Positions 25,526 through 46,246 of a stretch of 64,000 nt of DNA are shown here, in pieces. The first letter of the stretch is position 1. Each line of letters opens with the position of its first letter. A program made the position numbers and the translations under genes. Source of the stretch: Eledone cirrhosa (taxonomy: Eukaryota); the NCBI GenBank assembly GCA_964016885.1, contig OZ024743.1:89528001-89592000 (forward strand), read 5' to 3'. Below the pieces are notes generated by a model. It was not told the DNA's origin and searched no databases. It saw only the letters and a program-made list of their open reading frames with translations.

Positions 25526-28490
25526 TATTAAGGAATCAATAGGAATACTCGACGATGTCGACAAAACCAACAACCTTTACAGAATGGACGTTCAACTTTA
25601 CCATGAGCTAATCCACATGGAATTGAGAGAAAGCTACCAAAAAATAACCCGAGGCCACCCTGGAGGATATCAACATCAAGGCTTATGAGATCGTTTCTGG
25701 TCTTGGTATAGATGATAGGACGGCCCCATACCAACCAAGGGAGCCTAGGATTACCATTAAGGACCACAAACCAAACTTCGAGTCTAAGCTGCCGGTCAGA
25801 CTGTTAGCCCCCTCCCAGTCAGACATGGGGGTTATTAGCAAAAGCATTTTAGATAGAATCCTGCCCAGACTTAAGAGTAAAATAAGGTTAAAACTCTGGT
25901 CCTGCACCAGCCAGGTGCTGGACTGGTTTACATTTATACCTGAAAAACATAGGACTAGCTTCATACAATTAGACATCAATAATTACTACTCCTCTATCTC
26001 GCCCATAGTCCTGAACAAGGCACTCATATTCGCGATGAATAGGACAGACCTAACACGCGACGAGGTCCGAATCATACACACCGCCAGAAAGACCCTGATC
26101 CGATTCGGTGGGGACATATGGACCCGGAGCGACTGGCCAAATAATTTTGACATTACAATGGGATCCAGTGACCCCGCGCAGCTAACGGACTTGGTTGGGA
26201 TATACATACTCTACGAGATCAGGAGAGAAATACCCAACCTGGGCGGAGGGCTGTACCGAGACGACGCACTCATCACAGTAGTGGACTACAGCACCACAAT
26301 GGTCGAAATATGAAGAGGATAATTAGGCACTTCTTTAGCAAGGTAGGACTTAAGGTAGAGATGGAACCCAATTGAAAAGTAGTGAATTTCCTCGACACCA
26401 CCCTCAACCTCAACACCAAGCTACACCACCCATATCATAAACCCAATGAGAAGCTGGTGTATATCAACGCTGAGTCTAATCACCCTAGATCTATAGTTAA
26501 GGCCGTGGTTAAGAGTGTCTGACAGGATCTCTAACATGTCGGCCAATAAAGAGATCTTCAATAGTAACGCTGATTACTATAACTCAGCTCTAGCTAAGGC
26601 GTCCCACAGCGATAGGATCAGCTATAACCCTAAGGAACATGAACGAGATGACCCAAGGGTACCCCGGACCAATACCCTCAGGGGCATGAGTCGCCCACCT
26701 AATACCTCCGTGACCAGTAGTAACACTCCCAGACCCCTATCCGTCACCACACCCGGTAGAAGGTCCCGCATACGGCACCGGTCTAATACCTACAACGCTG
26801 AAGACCACTGTGCTGCGGAGCATAGGCACCCCTGCACCGGCCCCACCACCCGCCGAATCCTAATTGAGCAGGGAAGCCGCACCTCGCAGGTTTATAGCCC
26901 CACAGTGGGCCTATATAACCCTCATGATAGTGACCGCTCCGCACACCCAAGTGACACCAGCCTGGCTATAACATAGGATCCACAGCGACGAGCTTCAAAG
27001 CTCGGTGGTATAACCATCACAATTCCTTTAACAGAATAGATAGAGGAAATGTACGGCCCTTTCTGAATTGATCTGGAAGCTCAAACTTGAAAAGACCCCG
27101 CACTCTCTGGTATGGTCCGTGGTTAGAAAGGTTCCCCCACACATAGGCGGGTCTGGTATTTGCAACCTCTGTCTTAGTGAGACACTCGAGATTCTTCATG
27201 GCGGAACCAAGCTATTAAACAGAAGGGCAGACTTATTCGGTGCCTGCAGACACCTAAGGACGGGAACTTTCCTCAAGCTATAAGGATAAACCCCGGTTAC
27301 GGCCTTCCACAATCTCCCCCCCCCCCCCCCGGTAGGTCCCCCTACACCCCGTACCAATGACCAATGGACAACAACAACCACCCATGGTTTGCGGTCCCTA
27401 TGGTGGATGGTCCACCGGATCATCTACTGGTTAGGAGTCATCTAAAGAATGTTTCATTGAACCTGATTTTATATATATATGTATATATGTATCATGTGTA
27501 TATATATGTGTATTTTATATGTGTATGTATGCGTATTTTATATATGTGTGCGTATCTGTATGTATATATTTTATATATATATGTGTGTATGTGCGTGTGT
27601 ATTTTATATATATATATATATGTTTTACGTGTGTATATATTTTGTGTGTGTGTGTGTATTCTATGTATACATAGATTTTTTATATTTTTGTATGTATATA
27701 TTTTATGTATATGTATGTTCTGTGTATATATATATATATTTTATATATATATGTATGCTTGTGCGTACATGCATGCATGCATATATATATACACACCTGT
27801 ATGGATTTGTGTGTGTAGATGTGTGAGTGTTTGAGGGGGTAGGTGTGAGTGTATGTACAAGTGAACCAGCATAAACATTTTATTTCTAAATTTTCTAAAC
27901 TATCTAAGTATTGGACTCTAACCATTATATTAAGTATTACCACCCCACTTTTTGTATGTGTGGATGTGTGTGAGTGTCTGTGGAGGTGGATTTGAGTGTA
28001 GTGCAAGCCAACCTACATAAGCTTTTTTATTTGTAAACTTTCTACTCCAACCATAATTTTCAGTAGCACCACTCCACATAAATTCCTCAAATTAAGAATG
28101 ACCTGTAGTATCTATTTCATACTATTAACCTCAATTGAATATATATCTGACCAGGAATGCCTTTTGTGAAAATCAGTCATGTGGAACTATTGTCATCTTG
28201 CCTGAAGGTTTGAACTTTACAACACCACCTGCCTCTTTGAGGTTAAATACCAACCTACTACCATCTACAAACTGACCAATGAGAATCAAGACTATTCCTG
28301 CTGACAACATCAAAGTATTCCTAACAAGCTCATATGTCCCAAGGCTATGATACCATCAACACTATACACACAGAGCTGGCATATCTAAGAACTGACTAAC
28401 TGCCTGATGAGGTCCTAGCCATTCAATGGCTATCATCGAAATATATATAGCAGTAAATAAAGGATTATGAGTTCATGACTTATGTTTCGT
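25526..28490 (+). mobile_element. Penelope-like element (probably Hydra-type): frameshifted RT, GIY-YIG remnant, long 3' tail with hammerhead
   Basis: RITIKDHKPNF..VRLLAP, FIQLDINNYYSSI, FDITMG..LVGIYIL, GLYRDDAL, NFLDTTL..YHKPN..YINAESNHP, and C-terminal IWKLK..W..CNLCLSE..LLNRRADLFGACRH. Confidence 0.85.
28399..28454 (+). ncRNA. Minimal type I hammerhead ribozyme, intact core
   Basis: Stem I ACTGC/GCAGT, CTGATGA 28404-28410, stem II GGT..TAGCCAT/ATGGCTA..ATC, GAAA 28438-28441, palindromic TATATA stem III, AUA site, AATAAA at 28456. Confidence 0.85.
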
Positions 28491-28491
28491 C

Positions 28492-30355
28492 ACTGGACGT
28501 CGCCTGGAGGACAGATTTACTGAACACCTCCGGGATATTCGTCTCGGTGGTAGTTCCCCCATCGCCCGCCACTTTGGTGCCCCTGGACATTCCGCACACC
28601 ACCTCACAGTCTGTGGCCTACACCAATGCCACGGAACACCCGCCACTCTCCTCAGGGTCGAACAACGAACCATCTTCACCCTACAGACCCACACTCCCCC
28701 CGGCCTGAACTCCCCACCCCTATTCCTTTAGCCTTCTACCGCCCCTCCCCCCACACATCCCCCACTAACACCACTAACACACCCCTCCTTTTCACCGACC
28801 ACCCCACAACTAACAATACTAACACCTCCACCCCACATCCGACCACCCTTCCCCAACTAACATACTAACATCCCTCCCTTCTTCTCCTCCCCCTCCTTAT
28901 CACATATATACACGGTACATATATACACGCGCTCACACTAAACACACACCCTACTACCACCCGTAACCCTCACCCCCACACATCCACCCCACCACCCCGC
29001 AACTAACATCACTAACACCCCCTGACCCCAAGCACACGAACACACACACCCACTTACACCACCCACTCTACACGCAACTAACATCACTAACACCCCCCAA
29101 CCCTACGCACACGAACACACACGAACACACACACCCTCTTACACCACCCACTCTACACACTCTACCACCACTGACCCCCACTCACACCCGCATTCAACCC
29201 TTTCTCCATCTCCAGTATACTAACACCCACTAACACCCCCTTCACCACACACACACTCATCCAAACACGCACACGCACACCAGTACACTACACTCCGTCC
29301 ATCGGTCCCCACACCCTTCTCTCCCTGCTCCACCCACACCCTTTCTCAAACACACACACATCCCACTAACACCTCTACTAATACACACACACCCCCTCCT
29401 CACCCCAACTTTCACACCTACCCATCCTCTCCCCTGTCCACCGCACCTCCGCACACACTGACACACCGACTTTCTTCACTTACCATTCTACCCTACTGCT
29501 GCTATGCCTCTCTGACCACCTCCCCGCACACACAGACACACAACCCTCCTCCTGCCTTGACCCTGTGACCACTTCTTGTTGCGTGCGCACCCCACATCTC
29601 CCCTCTTCCGACCAATCTCTTCACGGATTACACATATGTGAACCTTGATCCCGAGAATCTACCGCATCCCAAGCATTTTACTCAGCATTCCACCACATCC
29701 TTTTACGGAATTACCTTTACGACTCACCCTCGGACATACACCCAAAAATTTTTTTTCCCCACACGCCACCTACATCCACAACACGCATAAACACCACACA
29801 CACACGTGCGTACCACCACATATTTACACATTCAGCCTCCGGAATCCCCCCACCCCTCTATCCACACACACACACACACTCCGACCTACAGCCCACCCCA
29901 CACACACTTCTTCCTGAACATGCAACCCCGTTCTTCCCCCAACCCTTGCTTTCACATGCACACACACACACACACACGTACACCTACACACACACACCGC
30001 CTTCAGCCCTCCCCGCTCGGCCACCCCGTCTCCCTCTCCCCACTCCACCCGCCACCACCCCTACACGCCCCACACCCTTCCACCACCTGTTTTACTCCAT
30101 GTGTATTTTTAATTTTATTTTGATCATGCCTTTATTTTTAATTTCATTTGCACCGTTTCCTCTCACCTCCTTTTTTCTATTAGTCTCTCCACCACTCCCC
30201 TACACACCCTTGGAACTCTCTTCCCACACACTTTTCACCTGAAGAAGGGCTTATGCCCGAAACGTCGTTCCCCACCACCACCCCACTCTCAAGAGCGTGA
30301 AACTAATAAACCTTTGTTCGTACTGCCTCTCTGTTTTGCTCCCGTTCAATTTTTT
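28492..30355 (+). mobile_element. 3' fragment of a Neptune-like PLE: GIY-YIG C-terminus, CA-rich tail, hammerhead motif
   Basis: Frame 28492-28731 (not in the ORF track) reads TGRRLEDRFTEHLRDIR..SPIARHFGAPGHS..LTVCGL..EQRTIFTLQTHTPPGLN. CTGAAGA-A-GGGC-TTAT-GCCC-GAAAC-GTC at 30239-30266. Confidence 0.8.
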
Positions 30356-30361
30356 ACTATA

Positions 30362-30439
<78 letters not shown>

Positions 30440-30489
30440 TGAGAGATAGATATAGATATATATTATATATATATATATTATATATATAT

Positions 30490-32750
<2,261 letters not shown>

Positions 32751-32753
32751 TTA

Positions 32754-32864
<111 letters not shown>

Positions 32865-32870
32865 ATATAT

Positions 32871-32901
<31 letters not shown>

Positions 32902-32969
32902 ATATATATATATTATATATATATTATATATACATATATTATATATATATATTATATATATATTATATA

Positions 32970-34060
32970 AATTAATAAAAACAATGAATAAAAACAAAGA
33001 AACAGTTCCTTATATTAAAAAATTCATCATTTTACGATCGTTTCTAGGATATATATGTGTGTGTTGGTATGTATATCATATAGATCTATGTAAACATTTT
33101 ACAAACTATCAGAAGGAATATACATACCTACACATATATATGCTGTCTTCAGAAATAATGATATTTGTTTATTGAAAAACACCAACAAAGATTTAATATA
33201 ATAAGTCTGTTTGGGAACAGGTTTTGAATTGACCAATAGAAGAGTAGTAAGTGGTTAAGTTGATAGAATAGTAGTAGTAGAAATTTAATTTAGGGGTAGA
33301 GGAATGCAGACTTCAGTTTTGAATAGAAATAATACTTTGAATGAAAAGATTACTTTTAGGGATGAAAAGAGGTCAAGCCGGTGAAAGGTACACGAAAATT
33401 TGATGTTATTAAAGAATAATGCTAATGTTAAAATCGAAGGGGAATAAAGTTTTAGGATAAATGTGTTAGTGAGAAATACCAATCTTATTTAAAACATAAG
33501 GAATTTAGATCTATAAAAAGAAATTAAATTAATTTAATTGATAGGTATACTTATAGGGATAAATTTATATTAATTCATATAGATGTGATAAATAAGAGTT
33601 AGATGTTATTAAAGAATGATGTTAAAAACGAAGGAAAACATTTTTTTTTGGGGGGGGGGGATAAATGTATTAGTGAGAAATAACAAACTTATATAGACTA
33701 CAAGGAATTTAGATTCATAACAGGAAATTAAAATAGTTTATATGTATACTTATAGGTCTTAATTTTAGGAAAAGATAGCTGTAAAAGGGAAATAAAATTA
33801 TGAAGTTCTCAGTAGTAAAATACTAATTATAGGTTAACTAAATTAAAAAAAAAAAAACTAATTATAATAATTTGTAAAATAAAAGTGTATATTAATTAGG
33901 TTTATAATATTTGAAAGTTCTTCTAATTCTATGATTGCACGATATAATTAATTCTTGTCACTTATTTAATAGGATATCCTTAGATTTCATTATTTCAAAA
34001 AGTTCCTGGGAACATAATCTACTCTCATATCTGTATGAGTGTAGATTATGTTCCCAGGAA
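32970..34060 (-). mobile_element. 3' fragment of a Hydra-type PLE with a 5' hairpin inversion
   Basis: Minus strand 34020->33893 reads RLCSQELFEIMKSKDILLNK*QELIISCNHRIRRTF, matching the 27068 ORF C-terminus. Inverted repeat at 34003-34060. Hammerhead at 33161-33024. Confidence 0.75.
33024..33161 (-). ncRNA. Type I hammerhead ribozyme with 9-bp stem I and microsatellite-like stem II
   Basis: Stem I TCATTATTT/AAATGATGA, CTGAAGA, stem II ATATATATGTGT/ACACATATATAT plus GGTATGTATAT/ATATACATACC, GAAAC, palindrome ACGATCGT, GUA site. Confidence 0.85.
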
Positions 34061-36437
34061 ACGACCAACCTAAGGTTTAGGAAGAATCCGGGGAAGATGT
34101 GGACCTACATCTCAGATATACACCTGTCCAAGTCCCAGATTGATTTCATTCTGGTGAGGAAAAAGTGGCGGAATAGTGTTCTGAACACAGAACCATACAA
34201 CTATTTCGGTACACTGGGTAGTGACCACCGACTTGTTATGAGTGAGGTCCGGGTGAGCTTAAGAAAGAGCAAGGCTCAGCCCGGAGAGCAATCTATGACT
34301 GGGGAGCTTTCAAGGAAGATGATAAGCTACAGGAGAGGTTCACAGTAGAAGTGAGGAACAGGTTCAGTGCTCTGTGTGGAGAGACAGCGGAGAGTGAGAT
34401 TGGATGGATTGAGGAGAGTGTGACGAGGAGGTACGGGCACTTCACCAATGCAGTGGCGGAGGCAAGTGAAACCCTGGTGCCGGGGAAAAAGAACAAAAGG
34501 AAGCACGTCAGTTCTGCAAACCCAAAAGTGTATGCAGCCAGAGAACACCTGAAAGCTGCCAAGGATCAATTTTATGCTGATACTACGGAGGAGGGGATGG
34601 AGACTATGGAGGTGATGAGGGAAGAACTCTGTACCGCTTACACTGAGACCAGAGAGGAGGCACTGATAGAGAAGATCAGAAGTGTGGAGAGAGCGGTTGA
34701 CAGATCTGTAAGGCGAGCTGGATGATCATCAACGAGATCATAGGGAAGAAGAGAATGTGTTCGAGTCAGATCCAGGGAACGGGGCCCGAGGATAGGAAGA
34801 GGAAATGGCTAGACCATTTTAGGGCCCTACTAGGAGAGCCACCCTTCACAGCCCAGAGCACTGGGGAGATCAGGCGGCTGTTTGAGGAACTGGATATTGA
34901 GACAGAGCCCTTCACCAGAGAGGAGCTTCAGAGAGCCAAGAAGAGGATCAAGGAGGGCAAGGCTCATGGAGAAGATGGTGTGGCATCAGAGGTGATGAAG
35001 ATGTGTGATTTTGATGACATCATCCTGGGGTTCTGTAACCAGGCACTGGAGAAAGGAGTTGCCCCGAATCAGTGGAGGATCAGTAACATCGTCCCAGTGC
35101 CAAAGAAGGGAGATCTCTCTAACACCAACAACTACAGGGGGATCTCACTGACGTTACTTGTGGCAAAGACCCTCAACAGGATGATTCTTAACAGGATCCA
35201 GCCTGAGATGGAGAAGAAGCTCAGGGTAAACCAGAACGGCTTCAGAGAGGGAAGATCAACCACCAGTCACATCCTGATGCTGAGGAGGATATTAGAGGGA
35301 GCTAGAGCAAAGTGCCTTCCTGCGGTCATGGTTCATTGACTTTAGGAAGGCCTTTGATTCTGTGGACCGTCACTGCCTGATGAAGATCTTACAGGCTTAT
35401 GGAATCCCCAAGAAGATAGTGGACCTGATATCGCTGCTCTACACCAACACCAAAGACAAAGTCATTACACCTGATGGGATGACGGAGTTCTTTGAGATAC
35501 TGGCTGGAGTGCTCCAGGGAGATACATTGGCTCCCTACCTTTTTATCATCGTAGTGGACTATTGTATGCGCCTTTCACTGGAGAAACACCAGGACTCTGG
35601 CTTTACTGTAGCACCGGCACCGGCTCAGAGCAGGAGAGTTAAGGCGAAAAAGGTATCAGATGCTGAATTTGCCGAGGACATAGTTTTGGTGACAAATACA
35701 GTGAAGGAGGCAGAGGATTTGATGCAGGAGGTTGAGACTGTGTCGATGAGTGTGGGGCTGAGAATGAATGAGACTAAAACAAAATATCTGGTAGAGAATG
35801 TTGAGAAGACAAAGGGGATCACTAATGTAGGCGGGAAGCCGCTAGAATTGGTTGAGGACTTCCTGTATTTGGGAGCAAAGATTGGGAATACGGAAGATGG
35901 TGTGGTTGAGAGGAAGAGCAAAGCCTGGGCGGCGTGCCACAGCTTGAGATCGATGTGGAAGTCGGACCTTCATAAAGACCTGAAAATCCGCCCCTTCATT
36001 GCTATAACGGAGTCTGTGCTGCTGTACGGGTCTGAGACTTGGACACTGACCAAGAAACTCACTCAGATGGTGGATGGGTGCTACACGAGAATGCTGAGGA
36101 TGGCTCTGAACATTAATCAGTATACACTGAGGATGAAAAACTCAGAGCTGTATGGGAGCCTCCCAAAAGTCAGCTCAAAAGTGACACAGAGGAGACTGAG
36201 GTTAACTGGACATGCTCACCAACTTCCAGAGTTGACACTGCACTCAGTGCTCCTGTGGGTGCCCCTGCATCGACACAATGGAAGAGGAAGACCAAGGTTA
36301 ACGTATGTTGATGCCCTAAGGACAGACACTGGTTTGTTGGAGAGGCAGGACATGGCAGCGATAATGAGGGACAGAGACCGCTGGAGAGAACTCGTCCATG
36401 GATCTCGGGAATTTTACCCGCCCTAGATAGATAGATA
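34061..36437 (+). mobile_element. RTE-clade LINE, 5'-truncated and frameshifted (APE C-terminus plus RT)
   Basis: SQIDFILV..SDHRLV, PVPKKGDL..NYRGISL, NQNGFREGRST, DFRKAFDSVD, GVLQGDTLAPYLF, FAED, SVLLYGSETWTL, RGRPRLTY..DRDRWR, and a (TAGA)n tail. Confidence 0.92.
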
Positions 36438-36586
36438 TTATATATATATTATATATATATATATTATATATATATATATATTATATATATATATTATATA
36501 TATATATATATTTTATATTTATTATATATATATATATTATAGTCTTCAATTTTATTATTATTACTATACATATATTATATAAATAT

Positions 36587-36621
<35 letters not shown>

Positions 36622-36656
36622 CATATATATTATTTTATATATATTATATATATACA

Positions 36657-36736
<80 letters not shown>

Positions 36737-36761
36737 TATATATATATATTATATATTATAT

Positions 36762-36848
<87 letters not shown>

Positions 36849-36925
36849 TTGGCGCACTATCTCTCTGTAGTCTGTTACCTTTTCAACATATATTCAACAT
36901 ATTTAAAAAGCTCAGGATTCCTTTT

Positions 36926-37013
<88 letters not shown>

Positions 37014-37360
37014 TTATATACATACATATATATATTATATATATATAAATATATATATATTATATATATATATATTATATATACATATTATATATATATA
37101 TATATATTATATATATTATATATATATTATATATATATATACATATATATGATATATATATTTATATTATATATTATATATATTATATATATATATATAT
37201 TATATATATATATTACATATATATTATATATTACATATATTATATATATATATATTATATATATAATATATATCATATATATATAATATATATATACATC
37301 TATATATGTATTATATCTATATATATTATATATATACATATATATAATATATATAGATAT
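36438..37360. repeat. Degenerate (TA)n/(CA)n block with a duplicated ~80-bp insert
   Basis: TTGGCGCACTATCTCTCT...CTCAGGATTCCTTTTCCT occurs at 36849 and 37362. Confidence 0.85.
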
Positions 37361-37496
37361 ATTGGCGCACTATCTCTCTCTAGTGTGTTACCTTTTCAAC
37401 ATATCGTATTTTAAAGAGCTCAGGATTCCTTTTCCTTTGAGCACATTATTGACAGGGAATAGCGAGAGTCTATGGCTCCGTTCATTTATCGTGATA

Positions 37497-40022
<2,526 letters not shown>

Positions 40023-40088
40023 TAATCTTATATACACAATCATACACACCCGTGTCTATTTATATATATATATATATTATATTTTATT

Positions 40089-40945
40089 TTCTCGCAAAGC
40101 CACATAATGGGCGTTCATAATGGGCATTCATTACAGTAAATAGTATGCGCAGACCGTACATAGAAAATACGTGCAGAATATATATAAAAAAAAGAAGGAA
40201 TGTGTCTGCATATGAGATAGTATACACAAGAGAAGTATTAGATACACACGTATTATCTTTTATCATTTATTTTGTTTGACCTGTTTAGTTTGATTTGGTT
40301 TTTGGCTTGGGTGGTTAATGCCTTCTTGACCACCTTTTCAGTTTTGTATGGCTTCTTAACACAGTTTAGCTCTTGTTTTTAACTATGGAGCACTTTGCCA
40401 GTATCAATTCTGATTTTTGCGTTTCGGTTCGCTTTTCCTGCCCCCCGAAAATGCGATTCTCGCCGAATCTTTATTTGTATATATATATATATATATATAT
40501 ATATACGACTATATATGCCCCCATGGGGAAAGCCGAAATAACCCAGGATGCCTACCCGACTATGCACGTCACCCTAGGCAAGAACATTGCCTGAGCCGGG
40601 ACAGGTTGACCCGGATTCCATTGATATTCAGTCAAATGCCTTACACCAATAAGACATACTCCAGTATGGCCGGTCTACGCAACCTCCTGCATGTGTATCT
40701 TTTCAGTAGAGTGTGCATACTCTCCACGTATTCCATTTTCTAACACCTAACGTATTTTCCGTATACAGACCAACGTGTGTATCTAATACTTCTCTTGTGT
40801 ACTATCTCATATGCATACACGTTTCTTCTTTTTTTATATATATTCTGCACGCATTTTCTATGTACGGTCTGCGCATACTATTTACTGTAATGAATGCCCA
40901 TTATGAACGGCCATTATGAACGGCCATTATGTGGCTTTGCGAGAA
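40089..40945. repeat. ~165-bp inverted repeat with ~520-bp spacer
   Basis: 40089-40250 is the reverse complement of 40774-40945. Confidence 0.8.
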
Positions 40946-41075
40946 AATTCCATATGTGGATTGATCCATGTTCGCAACGTAACAACATCTCTGTAGACAC
41001 ATACAACTGGGCGCACCCTTTCATGTATAGCCCACTGTCTTGTATCTCTATGTGCCGTTATAGGCATAGTTTTAA

Positions 41076-41258
41076 TTTGGGAGTATCGGTAGAGGGTCGG
41101 GCGCCAGGCTTTGATGCATAGAGTTACCTCCCTTTATGATCTGAGTTCAAATCCCGCCGAGGTTAACTTTGCCTTTCATCCTTACGGGGTCGATAAAATA
41201 AAGTACCAGTAATGCACTGGGATAATTGCTGGCCTGGTGCCAAAAGTAGAAACAGTTA
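41076..41258 (+). mobile_element. SINE family A
   Basis: AGTATCGGTAGAGGGTCGG..GAGTTCAAATCCCGCCGAGG..GGTGCCAAAAGTAGAAAC. Confidence 0.85.
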
Positions 41259-41438
41259 TATGTATATTTTTAATATATTTTATACTTTTTTATATATATG
41301 TATATACGTATATGTATATATATATATATGTGTGTGTGTATGTATGTATTTTCTATGTATGTACATGTTTATAATAAGACGCATCCTTTCATGCATCCTT
41401 TCATGTATCTTTATATGACTTTGTGTGTATATTCTATT

Positions 41439-41475
<37 letters not shown>

Positions 41476-41914
41476 TTATGCGTGCGTGGGTATGTATGTG
41501 AATATGCGCATATTTGTAGGAGTGTTTATGAGCTAGTGTGTGTGTGTACTAGCACCCCTGTAGGGAAAGGGCTTGTTTGTGTATATATATATATGTGTTT
41601 GCGAGCGAGTGTGTATCTGTGCGTGTATATATGTATATGGGTACGTGTGTGTATGTGTGTGTACATGGGTAGAGGGGGGGGGGGGGTCTATGTATATGTC
41701 TGTACGTCTTTGCGTGTACGGGTATATATACGCGTATGCGTGTGTATGCACACATGTGTGTGTATGTTGATGTATATAGGCATGTGGGCATGAGTCTGTG
41801 TATGTACGTGCCTCTCTGGATGCATGTATGCGTATGTTTATATGTTTATATGTTCTTCTTAAATGTGTGTGTATAGCAGGAGTCTATGCGTACGACTGTC
41901 GTTATCTATGTGAT

Positions 41915-41972
<58 letters not shown>

Positions 41973-42334
41973 AGTGCGCGCGTGGATGTGTAAACTACCA
42001 AACACAGCAGTAATTTATTGTAGTGTAGCAGACATGGGACAGACAACGCCATGAGGGTCAGCGGACTGGTGCCTGTGGTCAGAATTATGATGACGTTGAC
42101 AACCAGCGGCGAATCACAGGACACGCGAAGAGGATGAAGTTTTAGACGGTACTGGCCCAGAGGGTCAGATACCCAAGTGAGAGAATATGCTCCGAAATCA
42201 TTAGAAGTGTCCGTCGAACCTGCGGGTCCAGAATCAGACAGATCCACACAATGATCGCGTCTCGAGCTGTCCACCGGCGAAACAATTGTAACACAATAAA
42301 TTGAGTTCAGATGCATCACTGATTTTTCGTTTTC

Positions 42335-42348
42335 TATTATATATATAT

Positions 42349-42400
<52 letters not shown>

Positions 42401-42465
42401 ATATTATATATTATATATATATATTATATATATATATGTTATATGTATATTATATATATAGATAT

Positions 42466-42520
<55 letters not shown>

Positions 42521-42603
42521 ATAATATATATATATATATAATATATATATATATAATATATATATATGTATATATATAATATATATATATATATATAACA
42601 TAT

Positions 42604-42678
<75 letters not shown>

Positions 42679-42766
42679 TATATATATAATATATATATAT
42701 ATAATATATATATATATATAATATATATATATATGTATATATATAATATATATATATATAACATAT

Positions 42767-42817
<51 letters not shown>

Positions 42818-42892
42818 CATATATATATATATACAATATATATATATAATATATATATATACTATATATAATATATATAATATATATATATA

Positions 42893-42944
<52 letters not shown>

Positions 42945-43197
42945 ATATATATAATATATATATATAAAATTTATATATAATATATATCTATATATATCTA
43001 ATATATATATATAATATATATCTATATTATATATATATATTATATATATATTATATATATGTGTATATATATAATATATATATATAAAATTTATATATAA
43101 TATATATCTATATATATTTAATATATATATATAATATATATCTATATTATATATATATATTATATATATATTATATATATATATATATTATATATAT
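42335..43197. repeat. Long degenerate (TA)n tract
   Basis: Direct reading. Includes a ~120-bp internal duplication near 42940-43180. Confidence 0.95.
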
Positions 43198-43198
43198 A

Positions 43199-43553
43199 CT
43201 AGCAGTGGTACTCGGCGTTGCACGGGATAAGGTATTTTGGAATGCCGGCCGTCAACAGACCTAATCGTTGAAAAACTGCATGCCTGGACAATATGTAAAG
43301 AAAATAAACCGAATACTCTGATGGCTGGATAATCTTTGATACTTTCCTCGATGAATCAGGAAAAAAGCAGGTTTTCACCTAATGTGGGCCCTAGGGGATC
43401 AAGAAAATGAATTTTTTTATGTGCATAATATGCATTGAAATTTCGGGAAAAATCGGCTAAACGTAACGCCCTAAAACGTCAAAAAAAACCTAAAATGCTG
43501 AAAAAATGAGGTTTTTTTACCTAATGTGGGCCCTAGGCCATAAAAAAGTTGAA
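43199..43553 (-). mobile_element. 3' end of a non-autonomous Helitron
   Basis: Minus strand ends CCCGTGCAACGCCGAG-TACCACTG-CTAG|T (hairpin plus CTAG) within (TA)n. A similar terminus lies at 47363. Confidence 0.65.
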
Positions 43554-43554
43554 T

Positions 43555-43872
43555 ATATGTATACAGACGTACAGTAGTATGTATATATATATACATACAT
43601 GCACACATATATACATGTACGTATGGATTCACCGAACATTTATTATAATGCTCGGTGTGTTTGTAAACAAACATCCCGAATTAAGCCGTACAATGTCTAG
43701 CATCCCGAATTAAGCCGCACAGTGTTGCTAGACACTGTACGGCTTAATTTGGGATGTTTGTATACAAACACACCGAACATTATAATAAATGTTCGGTGAA
43801 TCCATACGTACATGTATATATGTGTGCATGTATGTATATATATATACATACTACTGTACGTCTGTATACATA
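43555..43872. repeat. ~145-bp fold-back repeat (single related copy at 20375-20510)
   Basis: 43555-43702 mirrors 43726-43872. The spacer duplicates CATCCCGAATTAAGCCG. Confidence 0.8.
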
Positions 43873-43952
43873 TATGTATGTACGTATACATACTTATATT
43901 TAAGTAACAGCCGTAATAAGAATGAGAAATGAAATTTCGTTTCATTTTTTCC

Positions 43953-46125
<2,173 letters not shown>

Positions 46126-46126
46126 C

Positions 46127-46197
<71 letters not shown>

Positions 46198-46246
46198 AAT
46201 ATATATATATATATTAGGTGTATATATATATATATAATATATATTA

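Noticed and set aside
26515-26976. 153-aa ORF as an independent gene
   Set aside because: It is the frameshifted RT-to-endonuclease linker of the surrounding PLE.
33893-34020. In-frame TGA in the PLE fragment as selenocysteine
   Set aside because: It aligns to Arg in the related element (likely CGA>TGA decay) and no SECIS was seen.
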